DNA of 24,739 nt from a virus. Lineage: Duplodnaviria > Caudoviricetes. Every line of letters begins with the position of its first letter. The first letter of the stretch is position 1. Below the pieces are notes generated by a model that worked only from the letters and a program-made list of their open reading frames with translations, searched no databases and was not told the DNA's origin. The position numbers and the translations under genes are program-made. The stretch is from positions 1 to 24,739 of the IMG/VR virus record IMGVR_UViG_3300037191_000107. The stretch is one strand, 5' to 3'. Positions 9,001-16,308 of this stretch are shown here, in pieces.

Positions 9001-9436
9001 ATAGAAACCAAGAAAAAGTTCCACTATCCTCTGAAGAAGTCCAGTACTTGCCTGAACCGAATCCTCCTATTTCAGTTTTGTTTGCGAACACTTCAATTAA
9101 CTCATCTTTTGAGGGTAGATACCAATCTGAAAAGCCGTTTATTGTAGCAGTATCACACATATAAGCAGCAGAATCTGTATCTGCACACCCTGCAATTATG
9201 TCTAAAGTGTTTTGTTCTCCTGTACCTATTGCAGTGCCATCTGCTCCAAGTATAGTTGAACCTGAGCAACCCCACCCATAGGTAGAGCCTAAGTCCACTT
9301 CTGCTGACACATAAACCGTTGAACCTACAACCTTAAACACTACACCACCACCAACTGAATCACCAACTGAAGGCAACACTACACCACCAGCAGGAACCTC
9401 AACAGCACCTTGCGTTTGTACTACTAATTGAACCAT
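6047..9436 (-). CDS. Tail tip/baseplate hub protein (1129 aa) with inserted DUF1566 C-type-lectin and C1q-like domains
   Basis: Core motifs YLDL...LPFTQVNNDFF, YPIIDNG, IEP..DF...DWTDKLD and F.YNDKVFIKDSYWLINKI...TKVELIK. Residues ~21-169 are DUF1566-like; ~409-553 are C1q-like. Confidence 0.8.
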   Translation of the reverse strand: MVQLVVQTQGAVEVPAGGVVLPSVGDSVGGGVVFKVVGSTVYVSAEVDLGSTYGWGCSGSTILGADGTAIGTGEQNTLDIIAGCADTDSAAYMCDTATINGFSDWYLPSKDELIEVFANKTEIGGFGSGKYWTSSEDSGTFSWFLYFTSGSQSSGYKSTARFVRPIRSYIPASTPYVGISKYLDLSDTSIKATYSSKEIQDVTQQKSDFTHNITLPFTQVNNDFFAHYYEVNVDGSFRADVKASCSIYVDSNLIFDGYIQLVKVDTLNENYTAICFGDVANLATELGEDKLNDLDLTKFNHILSQANIETGWNGLTEYVGALADGDEILYPIIDNGFNYNGNTLNTNAGAIKPRDLKPSIKVKTLLDEIVNKAGYTISSTFLNSTFFTSQYMTLGGDLEGSATSLLDGFKVGMTADQTAVSGVAIDFDNETSGSGYYDSNGNFNTTTNAYTVPHNGVYGFQLQVVIDTTIASTGSASVLFYVNGVIHIDVVPVSFGSNTVGLDVFTGSTSSISLSAGDVVTFRVYSFSSFGTKVIKKFDTINGTVYDSFVKLVSIPEVVEGGTVGFEVGNNLLPKDKQIDFVKSIFARYNLIVEVDKETPKQLNIEPIQDFRDVGTSKDWTDKLDLSKSVIIESTNRFRKAELNLTDKEDADRINDYWQNEKGFIYNSFKFPFYGDFGSGELKVPTIFSSFAPKKVDNNLMFIAQHFDFNDGIAEAVKVKPKLFYYSGKKQLPPSSNYKLLNEATGVYTTKVEYPFCNHYSMSGDLVTETDTDIRFKAGNILNQSSLVETQTGNDVYNGYWKRYLNNIYNKDARIQIAYFYLTSQDIADFKYNDKVFIKDSYWLINKIDSFAIGVDNSTKVELIKILETPNIEVCSLTVTSYNLNGTTNWIDSAGVSATPTAACCEEEGLTMVGNKCIWNNLTTNELSDPPVLYDGDNNETVLVGQYVADIKTGNTTTETEFNGVIKKVGEGDPKEGDALSWDDTLNQTEWRALPPNLALGVTTSRIYIKPDQFKTWSSDSIQSYSRDTLGSVQPSAYASRTKVYASTFVPSGYKVTGFEVFSSQNRAIQALSSRVSNDSIGSIGTGTANTFQLITAWNSVDGDYFILTYEIGANTDEIYGAELHIETI

Positions 9437-10986
9437 TAAACTCTCTGTTTTAAAGCGTGAGCATATTCATAATTAAAAGAATACTGCACTAACTTATCTT
9501 TTAAATTAGTCTTAATATTTAAGCTCGAATCTTTTATATTGATTGGATAAGATTTACCACCCTCTATAATTTGCACCTCGTTACTCATTAATAGCCCTTT
9601 GAAGTGTTCGTTCCATTCCTCTCCAATATAACGAGTATTAATGTTTGTTTGCTTATTACCTTCTACCTTATCAACCTTACCTCTTTCGTAGGTGTTCAAT
9701 TCAAAGGCTGCTGCATTCCAACTACCTGCGATGTTCTCTCTCTGTGTTGTTCTACTATAAGATTCTTTATCAGAAGTAGCACCATCAAAGAAGTAATAAT
9801 CCCAAACTCCGTACTTGTTTTTCCAAGCTATATTCTTACCTTCATAAAGCGAACTATTACAATTCGCATCGCTTACCATTTCAAATATGTAAGGCTCTGA
9901 AAGTTTTTCGTATTCTTTAGCTTCTCCAGTTCCTGAACCTGTCGCTGAACCTGTGGCATAAAATTGTGATCCTACCGTATTGCCTGAAGCACCAATAGAA
10001 ATCCAATCAGTACTACCCACATTAATTATTTCAATAAACTCTCCTGCTTTTATTTTATTTGCATTTCGTTGAGTATCTCCTATCTCTACCGTACTAATGT
10101 ACTGCAATGAATAGTACTTAACCGATGCCGTTGGAATATATCCTCCGTATTGAGCGTAAACAATTTTGTTTACATTTGCACCACCACAAGCTAAGTATAT
10201 CAATGCTTTATCTTCTGTACCTGATGAAGTAGGAATCTCTACACCTGCCTTATCACTATTCTGTACAGAAATCACACCTATATGGTTATCATCTGCACCT
10301 AATGTATCAGGCACATCTTCGTAGAACTTATATAAGAATCTACCAAGCTCTGTATTAAAATAAGTAGACTTCTCATTAAACATAGAAACTAATTGATAAT
10401 CATTAGCACTCGTTAATTGAGCAACCCTACCTTTTAAATCGTTTGGCTGAGTAGTTGCCGTAGGTCTATCTGTTAAGAATTTAGATACTGGTGAAGTACT
10501 ATCGAAATCAAAGGTAGATAAATCAAATAGCTTTTGATCTTCCCACGAATTAGCATAGTTAATTAATGCCTTTGTCTGAGCCGTTGCCGTATCTTCGTGC
10601 AATGTAATAGCACCTCCATCTGTACTCGCATACTCTTCGTGAAATTCTAACAACACCGTTCTTAAATCCCCACTATTAAAGGTAGCAATGTAATCGTTCA
10701 GGGTTGTACCTGTTGCATTAGGTGCGTTCTGAGGCATCAAGTGTATAGAATCGTATTGAGTACCAACGATTGTATTCTTGTGCTTGTGTGATATTGTAAT
10801 ATAGTTCTTTACTATCTTCTCGTATGATAGATGAGCAGAACCTGCCATATTCTTAGGCTGCTTTACTCGTGCTACCAAGACACCACCGATAGTAATATCT
10901 ACTACATACTTAAAATTGAATACTGGGCTTGTGTTACTCGTTAAAGTAAGAGTCCAATAATTTGGGTTAGTTACCGTTGTTGCCAT
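9436..10986 (-). CDS. Distal tail/baseplate structural protein (Dit-like, putative)
   Basis: 516 aa. FNFKYVVDI N-terminus and IAWKNKYGVWDYYFF...LLMSNEV...QYSFNYEYA C-terminal block typical of Bacteroidota phage tail proteins. Translationally coupled to the tail-tip gene. Confidence 0.65.
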   Translation of the reverse strand: MATTVTNPNYWTLTLTSNTSPVFNFKYVVDITIGGVLVARVKQPKNMAGSAHLSYEKIVKNYITISHKHKNTIVGTQYDSIHLMPQNAPNATGTTLNDYIATFNSGDLRTVLLEFHEEYASTDGGAITLHEDTATAQTKALINYANSWEDQKLFDLSTFDFDSTSPVSKFLTDRPTATTQPNDLKGRVAQLTSANDYQLVSMFNEKSTYFNTELGRFLYKFYEDVPDTLGADDNHIGVISVQNSDKAGVEIPTSSGTEDKALIYLACGGANVNKIVYAQYGGYIPTASVKYYSLQYISTVEIGDTQRNANKIKAGEFIEIINVGSTDWISIGASGNTVGSQFYATGSATGSGTGEAKEYEKLSEPYIFEMVSDANCNSSLYEGKNIAWKNKYGVWDYYFFDGATSDKESYSRTTQRENIAGSWNAAAFELNTYERGKVDKVEGNKQTNINTRYIGEEWNEHFKGLLMSNEVQIIEGGKSYPINIKDSSLNIKTNLKDKLVQYSFNYEYAHALKQRV

Positions 10987-11500
10987 TTATCTCATCTATT
11001 GTTTGTGCTAAGAATTTTTCTACATCTAAAGCAAATGTTTTTTCTATCTTCTTTGGGAGCTTCTTAAAATTCTGCTCGAAAGCATCAGTAAAAAAGTTAT
11101 TCCCTTTATATCCGAACCTATGTATCTTTCTCGTAACTGCAAATGCAATACCTCTCTGTTGGTTTTCTTTATTCTTCCAAGCTTTGAATTTCCCTTTGCT
11201 ATCTCTTGGTCGTAATCCTTTACGCTTTACCCAAGCTAATATCTTAGGGAATAACTCACCACTTCCACCTGAACCACTCTTACCCCTTCCTTGGTCTATT
11301 GCTAAACCATATTCTTCCATCTTGAATTTAAGACTTATAGAGTTAGCAGCAACCTGCAAATCGCTATCCAATGATTTAAATAGCTTCCCAGTATCGTACC
11401 CACGTTTACGAGTTTGCAATAAAGTAGCAGCACGAATAACAACATCTTTTCCAAACTTGTTTAATGCTTTTTGTGTTTTCTTGTAGTCGAACGAAGCCAT
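10967..11500 (-). CDS. Tail completion/neck protein (HK97 gp10-like, putative)
   Basis: Basic 177 aa with DTGKL..SL, YG..IDQGR, ILAWVKRKG and I.RFG.K...FF..AF motifs. Confidence 0.65.
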   Translation of the reverse strand: MASFDYKKTQKALNKFGKDVVIRAATLLQTRKRGYDTGKLFKSLDSDLQVAANSISLKFKMEEYGLAIDQGRGKSGSGGSGELFPKILAWVKRKGLRPRDSKGKFKAWKNKENQQRGIAFAVTRKIHRFGYKGNNFFTDAFEQNFKKLPKKIEKTFALDVEKFLAQTIDEINGNNGN

Positions 11501-11531
11501 ATTAATAATGTGTTTAAGTTTCCTCTGATTA

Positions 11532-11987
11532 TCATATAGGTGATTTACAAGCGTTGTTATGGCTTGGAACTGTAATTGATATTGTGCCTTTCCAACCTGC
11601 TAAAAGGTTCTCAAACCTATCCGTAAATGGTTCGCAGGTGATACTATCACTTACTACATAATCTCTTGAATTTATAATAGGCGTGTTTCTACCTAATCCA
11701 CTTTTGAACTCTCTATATATATCTGATAGTATCAGGAAGGTATCATTTAAAACATCAGGCTCATTAGAACCATCTGCTGCCACCAAATCCATTACCAATA
11801 AATCAAATGTAAATATAAAATCCCTTGCGTTTATTATTGCAGGTTGCTCTATTAAGTGAGCTTTAGCAAAGTCCATCTGATTAGATAGGTCTACTTCGAA
11901 TATATCACCAAAGGTGAAGGAGTTTAATTGCTTGTGTGCATTACATATCGCTTCGAACTGGTCAACTACTGCTTTGAATGTTTTCAT
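11532..11987 (-). CDS. Tail terminator protein (putative)
   Basis: Acidic 151 aa with GDIFEVDL and CEPFTDRFENLLAGW motifs, within the tail cluster. Confidence 0.6.
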   Translation of the reverse strand: MKTFKAVVDQFEAICNAHKQLNSFTFGDIFEVDLSNQMDFAKAHLIEQPAIINARDFIFTFDLLVMDLVAADGSNEPDVLNDTFLILSDIYREFKSGLGRNTPIINSRDYVVSDSITCEPFTDRFENLLAGWKGTISITVPSHNNACKSPI

Positions 11988-12208
11988 TTCTTTATACTTT
12001 CTTTATCTCTTAAATAACTCATATATGTAAAGCTCTTTTCTATCCCTACTTTTGTAACCTCATCTAACTTTAACAAGTCCTCATTACATAAACTCATTAG
12101 GATTGAATACCAACCCCATCGCTTACCGAAGTTTTGTTGCTTTTGGTCTGTTGATCCTCCACTAAAGAGTTGAGAGAATCGCTCAAGTAGTCTTTTCCGA
12201 TAGTCCAA
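11984..12208 (-). CDS. -1 frameshift extension of the tail assembly chaperone (gpGT-like C-terminal part)
   Basis: The frame opens at the T9 run and has only a TTG inside the slippery site, not an independent start. It encodes F..RWGWY and ends with an ATGA overlap on the next gene. Confidence 0.8.
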   Translation of the reverse strand: MDYRKRLLERFSQLFSGGSTDQKQQNFGKRWGWYSILMSLCNEDLLKLDEVTKVGIEKSFTYMSYLRDKESIKK

Positions 12209-12699
12209 AAAAAAACTAATGCACCATTTACTACATTTGCTGGTAGTTGTTTCTTGAATAACCTCGCTCTCTCTTCTACTTCACCATCATAAGGTTCTAT
12301 TTGATACTTACCATACTTCTCAATGGTTACTTTCCTGTACAAAATAGCCATTATAAGGTGTAAGTTCTCGTTAAAGTCTTGACATAAAGTATCCAAATCT
12401 GCAAACTCTCCTGTACTTATCTCAGATAGGTTAGGGTGAAAACCATATTTAACGCCTTCAATCGTTACGAACTGAGTAAGATTATCGCTTCGCTTAGACA
12501 AACTCAACAACTTGCTATACACATCGTTTAAGTCTGTTAGTTTAAACAAGTCTATATTAGACCGTTCAACATCAGTAAGCAGCTCAATCGTTTGCTTTTG
12601 CATCTCTATCGAGTTAAGCTCACTACCCTCTAACTTAGTCAAGGCTTGTAATTGCCCTAATGTAATTTCGCTTAAATCTGTTGGAATTGTAACCTTCAT
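12097..12699 (-). CDS. Tail assembly chaperone (gpG-like)
   Basis: 200 aa. IPT.LSEITLGQ, YGFHPNL.EIS.GEF.DLD and MAILYR motifs. GALVFFW is encoded across GTT TTT TTT TGG. Confidence 0.78.
   Translation of the reverse strand: MKVTIPTDLSEITLGQLQALTKLEGSELNSIEMQKQTIELLTDVERSNIDLFKLTDLNDVYSKLLSLSKRSDNLTQFVTIEGVKYGFHPNLSEISTGEFADLDTLCQDFNENLHLIMAILYRKVTIEKYGKYQIEPYDGEVEERARLFKKQLPANVVNGALVFFWTIGKDYLSDSLNSLVEDQQTKSNKTSVSDGVGIQS
12207..12215 (-). other. Programmed -1 ribosomal frameshift slippery site (U UUU UUU)
   Basis: Nine consecutive T on the minus strand, in X XXY YYZ register of the 200-aa ORF. The -1 frame is open for 74 codons. Confidence 0.8.
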
Positions 12700-12704
12700 A
12701 TTAT

Positions 12705-12737
12705 ATAATAGAAATTAATTGATTCTGTACAAATATA
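12705..12737 (-). promoter_or_regulatory. Promoter region of the tail/head operon (TATATTTG -7 box at 12730-12737; ACA-N14-CTATTAT at 12705-12728)
   Basis: Both motifs sit in the 38-bp gap between TerL and the chaperone gene. Confidence 0.45.
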
Positions 12738-13904
12738 CTATCTTATACTATACTTTCCTGATCTCGGCTTACTCTTTACCATAGTAACGGCATATCTCAA
12801 ACTATCAATTGCGTGATTATGGTTATCAATAGGCTTGTTTAATAGGTGTCCGTTCTTATCCTCCACCCATTTGTAGTTATTGAACTCAGATATTAGATTG
12901 GTAGACTTGCTCGTTACCTTTAGATTGTACCTCTTCAGTAAGTCAATACCTATATTAATACTATCCTTACCTTTTACACAAGGCTTAATATTAAAACCTA
13001 ATCTATATATCTCCTCAATTGATTTAGGCTCTGAAGAGTCTGCAAAAATAGGTCTTCGTCTATCAATCCCAAAAGAACCCATTCGCTTAGTAAGGTCAAA
13101 GTTAGTGAGTCCTCGCTCATATATTAATTCATTAAAGATTAATGCTCCTTCTTGTTCGTATACTTCAATCAATGCACTCGGATCGTTTGTAAATCCAAAA
13201 TCTAAGCCTGTACTAATTAAGGTTGCATCTTCAGGAACTTTACCGATAATTGTAACCTTTGGAAATATGATAGCTTTACTAAATCCTCTCTCACCTAATC
13301 CGTATATCTTCCAATATTCCTCATCTGTATCTCTAAGCCTTTCAATCTCTCTTACAAGCTCATCAGCTAAGAAGGGATTATCTAAGTAGGTTGATTTAAT
13401 AAAGGTCGTGTCATCTCTTGTAAGGACTTTATCGTATATCCAGTGATGAGAATCTGAAGGATTGAAATCTATATAAACCCTCTCCTCTGTTCTTATAATC
13501 AATTGGAAGAAATCCTCCCAAGTTAATTCGTTCGCTTCATTACAGAATAGGTAGTGCCTTTTAGTACCCCTCTTCTTTTGTGGTTGGTCTAAAGAAAGGA
13601 ATTCAAATGTATTACCGTTTAGTTTATAAGTGTGATCTGATTTGTTGTGGTTGCTCTCATCGTATAATTCAAGGTGATTAAGTATCTCAAAGAAATCCTT
13701 CATCACAGACATCTTCAAACTCGGTAGCGACTTTCTAACTATTGAAAAGTGTTTACCTGTCTCCTCGAATGATTTAACTATAAGCAATTGACATAGTGAA
13801 TAAGTTTTACCTGAACGGGTACCACCTTGATTAACTACTATCTTAGTTTTTGCGTTATAGTTACGCTCGAATACATTACTCGTTTTTATCTTTAGACTTG
13901 ACAA
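12738..13904 (-). CDS. terL: Terminase large subunit (PBSX family)
   Basis: Walker A GGTRSGKT, Walker B LFCNEANE, DFNP, STYLDNPFL; nuclease GLDFGFTNDP and NHAIDSLRYA. Confidence 0.97.
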   Translation of the reverse strand: MSSLKIKTSNVFERNYNAKTKIVVNQGGTRSGKTYSLCQLLIVKSFEETGKHFSIVRKSLPSLKMSVMKDFFEILNHLELYDESNHNKSDHTYKLNGNTFEFLSLDQPQKKRGTKRHYLFCNEANELTWEDFFQLIIRTEERVYIDFNPSDSHHWIYDKVLTRDDTTFIKSTYLDNPFLADELVREIERLRDTDEEYWKIYGLGERGFSKAIIFPKVTIIGKVPEDATLISTGLDFGFTNDPSALIEVYEQEGALIFNELIYERGLTNFDLTKRMGSFGIDRRRPIFADSSEPKSIEEIYRLGFNIKPCVKGKDSINIGIDLLKRYNLKVTSKSTNLISEFNNYKWVEDKNGHLLNKPIDNHNHAIDSLRYAVTMVKSKPRSGKYSIR

Positions 13905-14247
13905 TCTCTATCTCTATTTTATTAATCTTATCACCTCCAGTAGTAATATCTAACTTATCACCGTAACCCCTATCCCTTCCTTTGTTCTTTAAATAGAACT
14001 GAGTGCTTGAATGGTTGTTTTCTTTTATCTGCTTGTAAAGGTTTGATTCTGCGAAGTCTAAAGCGATGTTATCTACATCTTTTACCTTGCTTTTAAACTC
14101 CTCATCTACTCGAAGCCATTCGTAATACTGCGACCTACTAACCTCTGCTATCTTCAACGCATTAGTAACAATGCCTAACGATTTCTCTAAAGCACTAAGC
14201 ATCTTTAGTTTAGCTACTTTTGTGCGTTTTTGTGTGTTATCTTCCAT
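13876..14247 (-). CDS. terS: Terminase small subunit
   Basis: N-terminal HTH (ALEKSLGIVT.A...VSRSQYYEW), LDFAES.L and FYLK.KG..RGY; immediately upstream of and overlapping terL. Confidence 0.85.
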   Translation of the reverse strand: MEDNTQKRTKVAKLKMLSALEKSLGIVTNALKIAEVSRSQYYEWLRVDEEFKSKVKDVDNIALDFAESNLYKQIKENNHSSTQFYLKNKGRDRGYGDKLDITTGGDKINKIEIEIVKSKDKNE

Positions 14248-14497
14248 AGCTTTCCATGTAATTCAAATGTCTTTCAACTAACATATCCTTGTGTTGTTTC
14301 TTATCTCCATATCTAATATGACACGCTCTACAAACTGCTTGAAGGTTCTCGATGTTATCCTTTAGCTTACTCCCTCCCATACCACGAGCATCTATGTGAT
14401 GTATATCTTGAGCAGGTGAATGACATACTTCGCAAGGGATATAATCCAACTCATCAAAGTTAAAGTACTCTAAGTATATGCGTGTGTGCTTTCTCAT
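14237..14497 (-). CDS. HNH endonuclease (packaging-associated type)
   Basis: CEVC...DIHHI..RGMGGS...NL.AVCRACH; adjacent to terS. Confidence 0.88.
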   Translation of the reverse strand: MRKHTRIYLEYFNFDELDYIPCEVCHSPAQDIHHIDARGMGGSKLKDNIENLQAVCRACHIRYGDKKQHKDMLVERHLNYMESYGR

Positions 14498-14571
14498 AAT
14501 AATAGGTAAGCGAGTAATATGTTAAATAGTAATGCAGCAATAGCATAGTGTATCTTATCCTTACTTGTCAA
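14494..14571 (-). CDS. Putative 25-aa single-pass membrane peptide
   Basis: MTSKDKIHYAIAALLFNILLAYLLL* (TTG start). It overlaps the upstream stop (TTGA) and the downstream start (ATGA), filling the gap exactly. Confidence 0.55.
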   Translation of the reverse strand: MTSKDKIHYAIAALLFNILLAYLLL

Positions 14572-15023
14572 ATTCCTGCTCCACAACACTCACACACATC
14601 TTTAGTCGCTTCTTCTAATGCGTTATCTTCGTACTTATCCAAGTTTATATTCAAGTCGTTTACAGTGAACCCTACATCGAATAGTAGTTCTTCATCAAAG
14701 TAATTCAATAGTAAGTCATCATCAAACTTACCTCCGTTTTTATTCAGCCTTAGATTAAGTTCCATCTCATCGTTAATAGGCAGGTCTAGTATTACACAAG
14801 GGATAGTGTCGTTTCCTAAATCTAACCACGCCCTGGAGCGTTGATGCCCTCCGATAATTATGTTGTGTCTATCCTTACTTGAATTGATTATAATAGGATC
14901 AATTAAACCGAACTTCTTTAAACTGGCTTTTAAATCCTTGAATTGCTTCTTGCTTATCGTTCGAGGGTTGTACTCAGCGAATTTAAGTTCACTAATCTTC
15001 CTACTTTCTATTATCATACGCAT
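14568..15023 (-). CDS. ParB/Sulfiredoxin N-terminal domain protein
   Basis: YNPR, SL.KFG..DPIIIN, IIGGHQR and LNL.LNK motifs; C-terminal CECCG. Confidence 0.85.
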   Translation of the reverse strand: MRMIIESRKISELKFAEYNPRTISKKQFKDLKASLKKFGLIDPIIINSSKDRHNIIIGGHQRSRAWLDLGNDTIPCVILDLPINDEMELNLRLNKNGGKFDDDLLLNYFDEELLFDVGFTVNDLNINLDKYEDNALEEATKDVCECCGAGI

Positions 15024-15381
15024 TAAGTATATCCTTTAATTCGTTTATCGTTTGTCTTACACAAGTACCACAACTACTAACCTGCTTATTCATTCCGAAT
15101 ATCTCATTATATAGGTTTGTAATGCCTACATTCTCATCGTGCTTTACTTTATCTGAGCCGATTTGCTCCATTAATCGCCTCAAGATAGATAGTTGATCCG
15201 TTGTAAGGTCGTTCTCTCTCTCCCATTTACCAATAGGACACCGAGTAAATGCAATAGCTCCTTTAATCTTCATAAAGCAACCACACTTTTTACATTGACT
15301 TACTGACTTCCTGAAGTGATCGCACCCTTTACAGATAGCCATTCGTTCGTTATAGGTTCTACTGCTTGTCTTTAACTTCAT
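15001..15381 (-). CDS. Cys-rich Zn-binding protein (DUF6171-like N-terminus)
   Basis: R..IC..C.H...QCKKCGCFM..K......CP.GKW plus a second CxxC (SCGTCV). Confidence 0.7.
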   Translation of the reverse strand: MKLKTSSRTYNERMAICKGCDHFRKSVSQCKKCGCFMKIKGAIAFTRCPIGKWERENDLTTDQLSILRRLMEQIGSDKVKHDENVGITNLYNEIFGMNKQVSSCGTCVRQTINELKDILNAYDNRK

Positions 15382-15889
15382 CTATGATATAGCTTCTAAC
15401 ATTCTTAATAGTATGGAAGATTGATGTTGTAGAGATGCCTGTTGCTTTTGCAAGGCTTCTAATTGTATGGTCTGTTTCGTAGTAGACTTTAAATAGAGTC
15501 TTGTCGTAGAAGTGTAAATCATTCATAGCGTTATTAATTAGCTCTAAGCGATCATCTTGTAGTACCTTCTCATCTATTCCTTCTTCACCTTCACAAACAA
15601 GTTGACTAAGTTGGTAGTCATTCCCTAAACCAAGCTTATTAATTTCGTGGTGCTTCTTTTTAAACTGGGAGTTAGAACGAATGTACAGATTAAGCATTAC
15701 CCTTGTACACCAAAAGCCCAAATGACCATTATCAAAAATGGTTCTGAGCTTTTCTTGATCGTATTCGAGCATAACAACATACACCTCTTGCGTGAGGTCT
15801 TGTGCATCATCTTTACTATCTGTAATCTTTAGAGCTATTTTAAGAAGCTCATTGTACTTAGTTGCTATATCTTCGCTTAATGTTGCCAT
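15359..15889 (-). CDS. Sigma-70/ECF-like RNA polymerase sigma factor
   Basis: Region-2-like DAQDLTQEVYV and region-4 HTH TIRSLAKATGISTTSIFHTIKNVR; 176 aa. Confidence 0.78.
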   Translation of the reverse strand: MATLSEDIATKYNELLKIALKITDSKDDAQDLTQEVYVVMLEYDQEKLRTIFDNGHLGFWCTRVMLNLYIRSNSQFKKKHHEINKLGLGNDYQLSQLVCEGEEGIDEKVLQDDRLELINNAMNDLHFYDKTLFKVYYETDHTIRSLAKATGISTTSIFHTIKNVRSYIIDEVKDKQ

Positions 15890-16016
15890 ATCTTAGTAAG
15901 AATGCTTTATATCCTATTTTAATATTATAGTAGATAGATAAGTGCCTTCTAATAATGTGAAGATTCTTACCTCTCTTAACTCCTTTTAATATCGTGTGAT
16001 TGATTAGCCCTTTCAT
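15858..16016 (-). CDS. Small basic hypothetical protein (52 aa)
   Basis: MKGLINHTILKGVKRGKNLHIIRRHLSIYYNIKIGYKAFLLRYGNIKRRYSN*, preceded by the phage's typical AAAAACAAAACT-ATG leader. Confidence 0.7.
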   Translation of the reverse strand: MKGLINHTILKGVKRGKNLHIIRRHLSIYYNIKIGYKAFLLRYGNIKRRYSN

Positions 16017-16038
16017 AGTTTTGTTTTTGTATAGTCAT

Positions 16039-16075
16039 AAAAAAAAGGGAGCGAGGTTTAACCCTTACCCCCTTT
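16039..16075 (-). terminator. Intrinsic terminator
   Basis: Minus strand AAAGGGGGTAAGG-GTTAAA-CCTCGCTCCC-TTTTTTTT. Confidence 0.7.
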
Positions 16076-16122
16076 CAAAAACAACTAAAATGAAAATCTT
16101 ACTGCTAAGATATAAAAATAAT

Positions 16123-16308
16123 CTACTTCTCAGCTAATACTTGCTTTATTTTTTCTAAATATATTGCTAAGTCCATAGCTTCCTCTTGTGCGTGTGTTAA
16201 CCATTGCTCAACACTAAGGTCTGTTCTCTCCATTGTTACACCGTACTTGTTCTTTCCAAGCTCTGCCCTCTCTAATATCTTATCGCAGACTATTCTCTCA
16301 ACTCCCAC
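16123..16308 (-). CDS. Small helical phage protein with a MazG/all-alpha NTP-pyrophosphatase-like EExxD motif
   Basis: ERAELGKNKYGVTMERTDLSVEQWLTHAQEEAMDLAIYLEK. Likely start is GTG 16308, overlapping the upstream peptide's end, rather than TTG 16332. Confidence 0.6.
   Translation of the reverse strand: MGVERIVCDKILERAELGKNKYGVTMERTDLSVEQWLTHAQEEAMDLAIYLEKIKQVLAEK

Noticed and set aside
8930-9046. Active diversity-generating retroelement
   Set aside because: No reverse transcriptase, Avd or AAC-rich template repeat seen in the window, and the codon pattern is not clearly adenine-mutagenised. It cannot be excluded outside the window.
12207-12215. Sequencing error or pseudogene at the poly-T run
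   Set aside because: Both frames stay open with plausible sequence past the site, as expected for G/GT-type recoding. Read-level confirmation is still desirable.
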